From contig JAXLRE010000006.1 in the NCBI GenBank assembly GCA_046331265.1, positions 36,010 to 100,009 on the forward strand: 64,000 nucleotides of DNA, in the 5' to 3' direction. The DNA comes from Acidimicrobiia bacterium (lineage in GTDB: Bacteria; Actinomycetota; Acidimicrobiia; IMCC26256; JAGPDB01). Both the position numbers and the translations under genes were made by a program. This document shows positions 1 to 9,034 of the stretch, in pieces. Position 1 is the stretch's first letter, and every line of letters begins with the position of its first letter. Under the pieces are notes generated by a model that was not told the DNA's origin, searched no databases, and was given only the letters and a program-made list of their open reading frames with translations.

Positions 1-62
1 AAATGTTTAGAAGTTTTACTTTTTGAATTATATTGTTCGTCTTTTTTGCTAGTTAAATTCAT
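1..62 (-). CDS. 5' end of an unidentified gene that runs off the window edge (MNLTSKKDEQYNSKSKTSKH...)
   Basis: Minus-strand ATG at 60-62, 9 nt after the MBOAT stop, with an AAGGA-like RBS (TAAGGATGGATTATG). The frame is open to position 1. It is absent from the ORF track because it is truncated. Confidence 0.3.
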   Translation of the reverse strand, partial: MNLTSKKDEQYNSKSKTSKH

Positions 63-71
63 AATCCATCC

Positions 72-1538
72 TTAGAAAAACCCATAAATAAAAGCTGAAA
101 CTGTACCTGATAATGCTGAAAGCAACATTAGAGCAACACCAAAAACAAGTGCTTGAAGATAAATTGGCTGTGCTGAAATTCGTGAACTGAAATTGCCAGT
201 AATTCTTTGGGGTATAGATTGAATCAATATTCCACAAAGAATGAGAATAACAATTGCGAAAGTAGTAAGTGTTACAGGCTCTGAGAATCCTGAAATCATT
301 TTTGAAATCATTATTCTTGCATTCGACATGGATTCTGAAGCAAAAATTATCCAACCAAATGTAACAACATGAAATGTAGCAATTTGTTTAACGATTTTTG
401 GGATTACTATCTCATGTTTTTGTGTAAATGCTCGTAACCACCTTTCAATAGTGAGCATTACTCCCATATAAAATCCCCAAACTAAAAATGTTATATTTGC
501 TCCATGCCATAAGCCACCAATAGTCATTGTTGCGATTAGGTTAAATGCGATAAATCTTTTTCCAAATATAGATTTTTTATTCCCCCCAAGTGGAATGTAG
601 ACATAATCTTTTAGCCAGCGAGACAACGTCATATGCCAACGTTGCCAAAAATTTCTAAGAGACGTAGCACTATAAGGTCGGTTGAAGTTTTCTGGGAAAC
701 GGAATCCAAGCAGGAGAGCTACTCCTATTGCAATGTCGGTATACCCTGAAAAATCACAGTAAAGCTGAGCAGCATATGCATAAACTGCGACAATCGCATC
801 AATGCCTCCTAATTTCGAAGGTGCGCCAAAAGCTGGCCGTACTATTTGAACATATAGCAAATCAGCAATAATCATCTTTTTGAAAAGACCCTTAGCGATT
901 AAAGTAGCAGCTTTTGTAGTTTCAACAGCACGTGGGTTATGGGGGTTGCGCATTTGTGGAATGAACTCACTTGCACGAACAATTGGTCCAGCAACCAGGT
1001 GAGGAAAAAATGACAGGTACACAGCAAGGTCTAAGAACCCGACTTTTTCAATAGTGCCTCTATATACGTCAACAACATAACTAATTGCTTGGAAAGTAAA
1101 AAACGATATGGCAATTGGGATTATCAAAGAACTAAGGCGGGGAAGACCGATAGTATCTTTAAAAATATTATGAGCTTGTTCAATAACGAAATTTCTGTAT
1201 TTGAAATAACCTAAAGCACCTACATTTCCGGCGATTGCTATTGATAAAACGATCTTTTTAGCTTTGACGGTTTTTTGGCTAGTTAACCAGTTCACTATTA
1301 AATAGTTAAAAACTATTGAGGTAGCTAATACTAAGCACGGCAAAGGTATCGATGTAAATATTAAAGATACACTTGGCTGGTTGAATCCCAAGAAAATATA
1401 ACTAGCAATAAGAATTGCGATTTTCCAGGGCAGTCTATGCATCCAGTCATTTCTATTAACCAGCAAAGGTAATAGCATCCATGAAAGTGGCAGCACTATT
1501 ACAAAGAAGATAATAAATGGCGTGGTCGGGAAAAGCAC
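72..1538 (-). CDS. MBOAT-family membrane O-acyltransferase (AlgI/DltB-like)
   Basis: 488 aa polytopic protein with MBOAT-type motifs: FWQRWHMTLSRWLKDYVYIPLGGN and the conserved His region GGLWHGANITFLVWG. Confidence 0.85.
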   Translation of the reverse strand: MLFPTTPFIIFFVIVLPLSWMLLPLLVNRNDWMHRLPWKIAILIASYIFLGFNQPSVSLIFTSIPLPCLVLATSIVFNYLIVNWLTSQKTVKAKKIVLSIAIAGNVGALGYFKYRNFVIEQAHNIFKDTIGLPRLSSLIIPIAISFFTFQAISYVVDVYRGTIEKVGFLDLAVYLSFFPHLVAGPIVRASEFIPQMRNPHNPRAVETTKAATLIAKGLFKKMIIADLLYVQIVRPAFGAPSKLGGIDAIVAVYAYAAQLYCDFSGYTDIAIGVALLLGFRFPENFNRPYSATSLRNFWQRWHMTLSRWLKDYVYIPLGGNKKSIFGKRFIAFNLIATMTIGGLWHGANITFLVWGFYMGVMLTIERWLRAFTQKHEIVIPKIVKQIATFHVVTFGWIIFASESMSNARIMISKMISGFSEPVTLTTFAIVILILCGILIQSIPQRITGNFSSRISAQPIYLQALVFGVALMLLSALSGTVSAFIYGFF

Positions 1539-1624
1539 CCATAAATGATCTCACAAATTGATGGCTTCTATCACTTTTATGAGTCACACATTGTTAGCGC
1601 AAAACAAACTAATCTTTTCTGCTT

Positions 1625-2821
1625 ATGCCAAGGATCACATCTAACGAAGAATTTGACAGTTTTGACGAGTGGGAAACACTCGATATGGATGACGAAATAT
1701 ATTTAGGGGCAGAGTCAGATTTGCTAGATGATTGGGAAGATGATGGGGCGATAGCCCAGGTCAGAGAAGAAAATCCTGTGATAAAGAGTGCAGCTGTAGA
1801 AGAAGAACCAGCTCATATAAATGATTTAACTCCTCAAGATGAGTCGGGACAAGTATTTTCATTGTTAGAACGCGCGAACTCTAAAAGAAAAGACGTTTTA
1901 GACGATATTGAAGAACCTTCGCTAGAAGAGCTAAATGAAATTGAATTGCAAGATTTTGATATAGATGAAGTTGAAGATGAAGCTGAAGCTGAAGCTGAAA
2001 TAAGTGTGGTAAATGAACCTGAGATTGAAGAGAACATTATGGAATATGAAGATACTCAACTGGTTCTAAAGCCTTTATTTGAGGGTCTTGGCGTAATGCT
2101 TCCAACTCTTTTTGATGAAGATGGTGAAGTCGAATATAAAACTACTTCTCGTCTTGCAAAGAAGCTTATTGAATCTCAGACAAGTTCAATTTTTGTTGGA
2201 ACAAATTTTGGAGAAGGCCAAACTTTATCTAGAGAAGAACGAGCAAGTCTTGTAGAAAATGTTTGTTCACAAGTTAAAGCAAATGTTGTCGCAGATGTGA
2301 CAGCACCTAGTATTCGTCAAAGCGTTGAATTGTTTGAAGACGTAGTAAGAGCTGGAGCAAATGCAGTTATTGTTGACTTAAATCAGAATGTTAAAGACCC
2401 ATATGCTTTATGTGAATCATTACATTCTAAAAATCCAACAATTCCTATTTTCATTAATTTAATAGCGCCAGCTGATCAGCTTGTTATCTCTCCGGAGTTT
2501 TTATATGACTTACCTATATGTGGCGTCTTGGATTCCACCGGGGATCCTGGATTCTTTTTACATTTAACTGGGGCGTATAGCGGACCTATCTATATTGCGA
2601 ATCCAAACATGGTTACATATGGAAAAATTATGGGAGCAAGTGGAGTTGTTCTTCCTAATATAGCTATTCAAGAAAAGCTTGTTTATGAAGCATTTAATGG
2701 GGATCCATCAGCTCAAAATGAGATTGCAATGTACGAGAGAGAAATAGGTGGTATAACACCAAAATCTATAAAAATGACTTTAGAGTCTGAGAATCTAGTT
2801 AGCGCTACTGTTAGAGATTAA
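1625..2821 (+). CDS. DapA/NAL-family (class I aldolase TIM-barrel)-like protein with a ~150 aa highly acidic N-terminal extension; the catalytic residues appear to be substituted
   Basis: The C-terminal 250 aa align by eye with dihydrodipicolinate synthase (GVMLPTLFDEDGEV..., VGTNFGEGQTLSREER matching GTTGE..LS.EE). The N-terminus is D/E-rich and includes an EAEAEAE run. Confidence 0.55.
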   Translation: MPRITSNEEFDSFDEWETLDMDDEIYLGAESDLLDDWEDDGAIAQVREENPVIKSAAVEEEPAHINDLTPQDESGQVFSLLERANSKRKDVLDDIEEPSLEELNEIELQDFDIDEVEDEAEAEAEISVVNEPEIEENIMEYEDTQLVLKPLFEGLGVMLPTLFDEDGEVEYKTTSRLAKKLIESQTSSIFVGTNFGEGQTLSREERASLVENVCSQVKANVVADVTAPSIRQSVELFEDVVRAGANAVIVDLNQNVKDPYALCESLHSKNPTIPIFINLIAPADQLVISPEFLYDLPICGVLDSTGDPGFFLHLTGAYSGPIYIANPNMVTYGKIMGASGVVLPNIAIQEKLVYEAFNGDPSAQNEIAMYEREIGGITPKSIKMTLESENLVSATVRD

Positions 2822-2911
2822 TTATCTACGACCACATAGTGGTTTTTTGCCATGATTGGCTTTTTTGCGCTTGGCATTTAGCTTTCTTTTATTAGTTTTC
2901 TTACTTGCCAT
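2822..2911 (-). CDS. Small basic protein resembling the actinobacterial ribosomal protein bL37 (29 aa: MASKKTNKRKLNAKRKKANHGKKPLCGRR)
   Basis: Hand translation of the minus strand: ATG at 2909-2911, TAA at 2822-2824, AAGG RBS upstream. The KANHGKKP motif matches my recollection of mycobacterial bL37 (...KANHGKRPN...). It is below the ORF-track size cutoff. Confidence 0.6.
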   Translation of the reverse strand: MASKKTNKRKLNAKRKKANHGKKPLCGRR

Positions 2912-2928
2912 AAGCCTTATATTCTAAT

Positions 2929-3915
2929 CTAAGCCACTTTAGCTTTGTCCAAGCGGAGGTCTTGTTTTTGTTTAGTTTCTATACGATCAGTTTTTATAAC
3001 GGTTGCTACTGATCCCATAACGACTGTGACCCCTATGGCTATTAATAAGGTGATTCGCTGGTCAAAGAAGATTGCAGCACAAATTGTTGACCCTACAGGA
3101 GTTAAAAGTGTTAATAATGATGCAGTCGAGAGCTTTGTATGTTTGTGTGCCCAGGAAATAAAGCCATGACCTAAGCTTGCGCATATGGCCATTGCAACTA
3201 GCTTTATTAGCTCATTACTGTGAGGCAATATTGATTCCGAGGTGAAAGGAACGATTATTGTCGCGACGATTCCCGATAACGATGTAGTTAGGAACATAAA
3301 AGATGCTGTTCCAACATGCTGCCGTGCTTTTTTTGTGAAGATGAATAATGCTATCCATGCAAATAATGCACATACTGCGAGGAGGTCACCTCTGACTGAA
3401 TTGGAACCTGTAATGGTTGATCCCCAAACTGTAAGTACAACGCCGGCAGTTGCACTAATCGCCGCAATCACATTCGAAGCTTTAATTTTCTCACTAAATT
3501 GTGATCCAACAAAAAGTAAAACCAGTGGTGGTTGTAGAGAACGAATAATCACAACGTTGGTTAATGTTGTGTCCTGTATTGCTTGATAAAAACAAATAAT
3601 GTGAACAGTAAATGCTAAACATGGAGCTATACAATATTTAATTGATTCAAATGTAATGTTTTGTTTACGAATCTTTACATAAATTGCTAAAAGAGCTGCA
3701 GCGAAGAATGACCGCCACATTGTGATCCATAAACCACTTCTACCGAACTTCGTTCCTAAAACATTGGCGGCAACTAAAAAACACACGCCTGCTAGAACCC
3801 CTGCTATTCCAATAAGACTGGATCTATTTACATGATTTATTAAGCTTGGAGTGGATTCATCAATATCTAAGATATCGTCAGCTACGTCATTTGGGGTGAT
3901 TTGCGCATTTGTCAC
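2929..3915 (-). CDS. DMT-superfamily (EamA-like) permease
   Basis: 328 aa with about 10 predicted TM helices in a two-fold EamA-type arrangement. Confidence 0.75.
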   Translation of the reverse strand: MTNAQITPNDVADDILDIDESTPSLINHVNRSSLIGIAGVLAGVCFLVAANVLGTKFGRSGLWITMWRSFFAAALLAIYVKIRKQNITFESIKYCIAPCLAFTVHIICFYQAIQDTTLTNVVIIRSLQPPLVLLFVGSQFSEKIKASNVIAAISATAGVVLTVWGSTITGSNSVRGDLLAVCALFAWIALFIFTKKARQHVGTASFMFLTTSLSGIVATIIVPFTSESILPHSNELIKLVAMAICASLGHGFISWAHKHTKLSTASLLTLLTPVGSTICAAIFFDQRITLLIAIGVTVVMGSVATVIKTDRIETKQKQDLRLDKAKVA

Positions 3916-3973
3916 CCATATATTGTCTCATAAAGCTCTTGAAGAACGCGAATTACTATGACAAAGTAGCTGA

Positions 3974-4267
3974 ATGTATGAAAGTCGCTATGGCTATTTA
4001 CGAGGGAATTTATATGAGAATCGAAGTGAGAAACTCAGCTTTTTAGGCAGACTACGTGGTTATTCATTCACTGACAAATATAAAGCTGAAGTTGCAATTT
4101 ATTTTGAAAAATGTAGGTCTATACATACATTTGGAATGAGATTCGATATCGAGATTTTATTTTTGGATAAGAAAAATAAAATTATAGAAGTAAGTTATGC
4201 CAAACCGAACAAACTTATTTTTGCTCCAAAAGGTACCCATTCAATAGTTGAGCTTGTTGTTAGATAA
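3974..4267 (+). CDS. DUF192-family protein
   Basis: IHTFGMRFDIEILFLDKKNKII...HSIVEL matches the DUF192 core (HTxxMRFPIDxxFLD ... vlEl). Confidence 0.6.
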   Translation: MYESRYGYLRGNLYENRSEKLSFLGRLRGYSFTDKYKAEVAIYFEKCRSIHTFGMRFDIEILFLDKKNKIIEVSYAKPNKLIFAPKGTHSIVELVVR

Positions 4268-4278
4268 AATCATTTTTC

Positions 4279-5121
4279 ATGGAGCAATTAATACCGGGAC
4301 TATATATAGTTGCAACTCCTATAGGTAACTTAGAAGAAATAACTAAGAGGGCCTTATTTGTTTTGGAAAATGCCGATTATTTGTTTTGTGAAGACACGCG
4401 TGAATTAAAAAAACTTATTTCTATCTTTAATATTAAGACAGAAGATAAAAGAATCATTTCGTTACACGAGCATAATGAAATGGAGAAAGCACAAAGAGTT
4501 GTTGGCTTAATTAGTGAAGGCAAAGTTGTCGCGTACACATCTGATGCAGGTATGCCTGCAATTTCTGATCCTGGTAGCAAGCTTGTTAATGAAGTGCTAA
4601 ATGCGCAGCAAAATGTATTTGTTGTTTCTGGTGCGAGTGCTGTTATAAATGCTGTTGCTCAAAGTGGTTTTGATACAAGCGAATTTACTTTTTTAGGATT
4701 TTTCCCCAGGACAGCAAAAGATGAGAAAAAATTTGTTGAAAAATTAAAAAGAATTTCTCATACTGTTGTCTTTTTTGAGTCACCTAAACGTATTTCAAAA
4801 ACCTTAAAGCTTCTCGTAGAAGAAATTCCTGATACGAGAGCGGTTGTTTGTCGTGAACTCACGAAAAAGTTTGAAGAAGTAAACCGAGACAAAATTTCTG
4901 AATTATCAAAAAAATATAACACCGAAACTAAGGGTGAATGCGTGGTTGTAATCGAAGGGCTAGAACCTCAATTCGATGCGGACGAATCTAAGAATGAAAT
5001 AGAAAAAGCCATTAAATTATTGAAACGAAATAAGGTCTCAGTGAAAGATTCAATCGAGATATTGGCACCCCTTGTTGGAATGCCAAAAAACGAAATCAAA
5101 AAGATCTATTTGGAAGATTAA
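4279..5121 (+). CDS. rsmI: 16S rRNA (cytidine1402-2'-O)-methyltransferase
   Basis: The N-terminus LYIVATPIGNLEEITKRAL..L.NADYLFCEDTR is the RsmI signature. Size is 280 aa and it has the conserved position upstream of metG. Confidence 0.9.
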   Translation: MEQLIPGLYIVATPIGNLEEITKRALFVLENADYLFCEDTRELKKLISIFNIKTEDKRIISLHEHNEMEKAQRVVGLISEGKVVAYTSDAGMPAISDPGSKLVNEVLNAQQNVFVVSGASAVINAVAQSGFDTSEFTFLGFFPRTAKDEKKFVEKLKRISHTVVFFESPKRISKTLKLLVEEIPDTRAVVCRELTKKFEEVNRDKISELSKKYNTETKGECVVVIEGLEPQFDADESKNEIEKAIKLLKRNKVSVKDSIEILAPLVGMPKNEIKKIYLED

Positions 5122-5168
5122 TAATTACCAACATGCGCTTATGTGTTAAATAGCGCTATTGTTTAGCT

Positions 5169-6686
5169 ATGTCCGAAACTTTCTATATCACTACACCTAT
5201 ATATTATGTAAACGATGCTCCACATATGGGTAGTGCCTACACAACCATTTCTGCAGATGTTGCAGCAAGATGGAACAGGCTTATTGGCAACGATGTGATG
5301 TTTTTAACTGGCACAGATGAACATGGGTTAAAACTCCAGCGCGCAGCTGAAGAAAAGGGCATGACTCCACAAGAGCTGGCAGATTTTTATTCTGAACGAT
5401 TTAAAGATTTGTGGAAAGAATTAAATATAAGTAACGATGACTTTATTAGAACAACTGAAGGCAGACATCGTGAAGCCGTAAGAACATTATTGCAAAAGGT
5501 TTACGATGCAGGTTACATTGAGTTAGGAACATATGAAGGACTCTATTGCGTTGCCTGTGAAGCCTATTACACAGAAGATGATTTGATTGATGGAAATTGT
5601 CCATTTCATAATAAACCAGTTGAACACGTTAAAGAAGATAACTATTTTTTCAAGCTTTCGTTGTTCGAAGATAAATTAAAAGAGCATTATCAAAAAAATC
5701 CAGATGCCATTGCGCCTTTGTCGAGAAAAAATGAAGTACTTAGTTTTATAGAATCTGGCTTGCGAGATTTTTCAATCTCTCGAACTTCAATAAATTGGGG
5801 AATTCCTCTTCCATGGGAAGAGCAACATGTTACTTATGTTTGGTTTGATGCATTAACCAACTATATAACTGCTGTTGGTTATCCAAATGATCAAAAAACT
5901 TTTAATAAATTTTGGCCAGCAGTTCACTTTGTAGGGAAGGACATTGTTAGATTCCATGCTGTGTACTGGCCTGCAATGCTTATGGCTGCTGGATTAGAGC
6001 CACCGAAGACTGTCTTTGCGCATGGTTTCTTGACCGTTGGTGGAGAAAAAATGAGTAAGAGTAAAGCTAATCAAATAATTCCTGGCGATTTAATCCCAAC
6101 TTTTGGTGTTGATGGATATAGGTATCATTTTGTAGCTGACCAACGTTTTGGTAATGATGGTGATTTTAGTTATGAGCAAATGTTGTCACGATATAATTCT
6201 GATCTTGCAAACAATTTTGGAAATTTAGCAAGCCGTGTATTGAATATGGCGTCAAAATACTGTGATGGTGTTTCGACGGATAGAAGAGCTAACGGACCTT
6301 TGAAGGATTTAATCCAAGAAACGTATTCCAAAGCTAATGAACAAATGAAAGAATTTAATTTTTCAGGTGCACATGAAACGATATGGGGTTTGATCGGTGC
6401 AACAAATGCATATATTGAAGAAACTGAACCTTTTAAAGTTGCTAAAACTGATATAGAAAAAGCACAAGCGATTTTAGGGGATTGTTTAGAAGCATTGCGT
6501 GCAGTTTGTTTAATGGCTTATCCCGCAATCCCGGCAAGCGCCGAAAAACTTTGGGGACGGCTCGGCTTAACTGAAACTTCTCCTATAGAAGAGATGAGAT
6601 TGCCTCACGATATTGCATGGGGTAAGTATGAGGCAGGACTAAAACTTGAAGTTGGTGAACCTTTATTTCCTCGAATTGAAGAATAG
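5169..6686 (+). CDS. metG: Methionine--tRNA ligase (short form without the C-terminal dimerisation domain)
   Basis: HMGSAYT (HIGH-type) motif, KMSKS motif, and a CxxC...CPFH knuckle. Confidence 0.95.
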   Translation: MSETFYITTPIYYVNDAPHMGSAYTTISADVAARWNRLIGNDVMFLTGTDEHGLKLQRAAEEKGMTPQELADFYSERFKDLWKELNISNDDFIRTTEGRHREAVRTLLQKVYDAGYIELGTYEGLYCVACEAYYTEDDLIDGNCPFHNKPVEHVKEDNYFFKLSLFEDKLKEHYQKNPDAIAPLSRKNEVLSFIESGLRDFSISRTSINWGIPLPWEEQHVTYVWFDALTNYITAVGYPNDQKTFNKFWPAVHFVGKDIVRFHAVYWPAMLMAAGLEPPKTVFAHGFLTVGGEKMSKSKANQIIPGDLIPTFGVDGYRYHFVADQRFGNDGDFSYEQMLSRYNSDLANNFGNLASRVLNMASKYCDGVSTDRRANGPLKDLIQETYSKANEQMKEFNFSGAHETIWGLIGATNAYIEETEPFKVAKTDIEKAQAILGDCLEALRAVCLMAYPAIPASAEKLWGRLGLTETSPIEEMRLPHDIAWGKYEAGLKLEVGEPLFPRIEE

Positions 6687-6688
6687 TA

Positions 6689-7483
6689 ATGTTCGATACT
6701 CATTGCCATTTCGACACCATAGATGATGCGAGAACTCAACTAGTTGAAGCATATAACTCTGGCCTACGTGGGATAAACATAATTGGTTGTGATTACGAAA
6801 CTACAAAACGTTCTATAGATATTGTAAAGATAGTTGAACAAGAGCGCGAAGAACTTGGCCTTATTGATTTAGACGCAAAGGCAACCATGGGCCTACATCC
6901 TCATGAATCAAAATTTTTAAATGATCAAAAAAATCAATTAGAAAGTTTATTAAATTCAAATATTGATTTAATTTCAGGTGTTGGAGAGACCGGTTTTGAT
7001 TTTTATTACAACCATTCTTCAAAACAAGATCAAGTTGATTCGTTTAAATGGCAAATAGATTTAGCTAAGGCTTTAAATAAAGCCTTAGTAATACATACAC
7101 GCGATGCTTGGAATGAAACATTCGATTTACTCAATGATGTTGGATGGCCAGAAAAAGTTGTTATGCATTGCTTTACTGGTGGTGTTGCAGAAGCCAAAGA
7201 GTGTGTAAAAAATGGTGCTTACATTTCTATATCAGGAATAGCTACATTTAAAAATGCGCAAGACATTAAGGACGCGATAGTTGCGGTACCTCTAAACCGA
7301 TTGCTTTGCGAGACAGATGCTCCATGGTTAGCGCCTGTTCCTCATCGTGGTAAAAATAATCAGCCTTCATATGTTCAATATGTAATAGAGACGATTATTG
7401 GTCTGCGTAAGGAACACTGTGGAGACACAATAGATGATGTAACAAAAGCCTTGTATGGAAATGCTTTAAAGTTATTCAGGTGA
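6689..7483 (+). CDS. tatD: TatD-family metal-dependent DNase/hydrolase
   Basis: FDTHCHFD N-terminus, VIHTRDA and CFTG motifs; synteny after metG. Confidence 0.9.
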   Translation: MFDTHCHFDTIDDARTQLVEAYNSGLRGINIIGCDYETTKRSIDIVKIVEQEREELGLIDLDAKATMGLHPHESKFLNDQKNQLESLLNSNIDLISGVGETGFDFYYNHSSKQDQVDSFKWQIDLAKALNKALVIHTRDAWNETFDLLNDVGWPEKVVMHCFTGGVAEAKECVKNGAYISISGIATFKNAQDIKDAIVAVPLNRLLCETDAPWLAPVPHRGKNNQPSYVQYVIETIIGLRKEHCGDTIDDVTKALYGNALKLFR

Positions 7484-8914
7484 CGAAGCACTTGTGACTT
7501 TGTTTTTACCCTGAGACTTAGAATCTTTTAAGGCTTGCTCACTGCGTTCAGTAATTGTTTCTGGAGAATCATCTTCTTTAGCGGATGCAATTCCTATTGA
7601 TACGGTGATTCTTGCTTCTTCGCGAAGAGTGGATCGAACGTCTTCTTCGACACCTCGACGGATTCGTTCTGCAACAATACTTGCTCCCTTAACATCCGTA
7701 TTTGGTAAAACAACGATGAATTCACCACCGCCAGATCTTCCCACGATGTCTTCGGTTCTAAGTCTGCTGTGTATTTGGTTTGAAACCGAACGCAAAATGT
7801 CATCACCAACATTATGGCCATACTTTTCGTTAAATGAAGTGAAGTTATCAAGGTCGATTTTAAATACGCTTAAATCTGTTTTGTGTCGTCGTGAAAGACT
7901 TAACAGTCTTGTCAAATGAGATTTAATTCCTCTTGTATTAAATACTCCAGTTAATAAGTCAATAAGAGATACGTCTTGCAATCTTATTCGCTTTTCTCTT
8001 TGACGGACCAACATAATCACAAGAGCAATTGCAACTGCAGTGAAACACGACAAGAATAACCATGGCAACAATAGCTTCATGCCAGTTTCAGACTTATATA
8101 GCGATCTATCTTCAATGGTTGTTACTACAGTCCAAGGCGTATTATTAACTTTTCTAGTTGCATAAAATGAACTACGACCGTATTTATTTGTGTAGTGTCC
8201 AGTTAATCGGTCTTGATCTTTACGGTTATTCAATTCGCTAACTAATTTTGGTGCTATTTCAGATAGAACACCGGTTTGATTTGTATCAGAAGCGATGATT
8301 TGTTGGTTCTGATCTATGAGAAAAGCTTGTGTATTGTCTTCAGGCAGCATATTTTCAAAATAATCGCCTAATGGTTTTGTCGTTAGATCAAATGCTCCAC
8401 TTATTATACGAACGCCAGATTGAGATTGAAAAGGGGTTGCAAATGCAACGTTCGGGAACTTTAATGCATCAGAAGGTACAACATTAGATACCGTTTGTTC
8501 TCGGTTGATAACAGCTCTACGTAAGTGATCATTTTCTTCCAATATGTTTTTACCTATAAGCTCAGCTTTATATGGAGCAATATCAATTATTTTTCCATTT
8601 TCATCAAGTAGTACAGAAGGACCGAAACCTAAATTATCTAAGAAGTCCAAAAATTCATCATGCGAAACTTGGGGGTCTCCTAGACGTAGTTTTGCTAGTT
8701 CTTGTTCACGCTGAAGAGTGTACTTAACATTTGATTCAAGAAATGATGCTGCTGAAGTTGAGTGAACTGTAAAGGTATTATCTATAGAATGTTTAGTGTT
8801 TTGTTGCGATCTAATTGCAGCGAAAGCCATAGAGCCAGTAACAATTAAAATGACCAGTGCAGCCACAATTCTTTCAGGCCAGAAGTTTCTAGATTTTGAC
8901 TCTAATGTCGCCAT
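7472..8914 (-). CDS. Membrane sensor protein with an extracytoplasmic Cache-like domain and a C-terminal GGDEF domain (A-site reads GGGEF; RxxD I-site is present)
   Basis: Two TM segments flank a ~260 aa periplasmic domain. The GGDEF-domain motifs are DLDNFTSFNEKYGHNVGDDIL and RTEDIVGRSGGGEFIVVLP. Confidence 0.8.
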   Translation of the reverse strand: MATLESKSRNFWPERIVAALVILIVTGSMAFAAIRSQQNTKHSIDNTFTVHSTSAASFLESNVKYTLQREQELAKLRLGDPQVSHDEFLDFLDNLGFGPSVLLDENGKIIDIAPYKAELIGKNILEENDHLRRAVINREQTVSNVVPSDALKFPNVAFATPFQSQSGVRIISGAFDLTTKPLGDYFENMLPEDNTQAFLIDQNQQIIASDTNQTGVLSEIAPKLVSELNNRKDQDRLTGHYTNKYGRSSFYATRKVNNTPWTVVTTIEDRSLYKSETGMKLLLPWLFLSCFTAVAIALVIMLVRQREKRIRLQDVSLIDLLTGVFNTRGIKSHLTRLLSLSRRHKTDLSVFKIDLDNFTSFNEKYGHNVGDDILRSVSNQIHSRLRTEDIVGRSGGGEFIVVLPNTDVKGASIVAERIRRGVEEDVRSTLREEARITVSIGIASAKEDDSPETITERSEQALKDSKSQGKNKVTSASSPE

Positions 8915-9034
8915 AAGTATTCTTCGTGCATAAATAGTATTTTCCTAAGGGATTTTTGTCACTAATTACCGAATTATAAGCAATAAAGGGCAATAAACAC
9001 ATTTAACGCTTTTTAGCCTCCAAAGTGGACTTAT

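Noticed and set aside
49-354. Short antisense or overlapping ORFs throughout the six-frame track (for example 49-354, 1834-2037, 2945-3169, 3242-3586, 7594-7919, 12369-12791, 18655-18960, 24165-24482, 35037-35258, 57935-58396)
   Set aside because: Each lies entirely within, or antisense to, a longer ORF that has clear family motifs. Their compositions are skewed and low-complexity (S/C/F/L-rich), as is typical of shadow frames in AT-rich DNA, and none has a recognisable motif.
1979-1996. (GAAGCT)3 microsatellite
   Set aside because: It encodes an in-frame EAEAEA run within the polyacidic N-terminus of the DapA-like protein. It is a low-complexity coding repeat, not a regulatory or CRISPR-like repeat.
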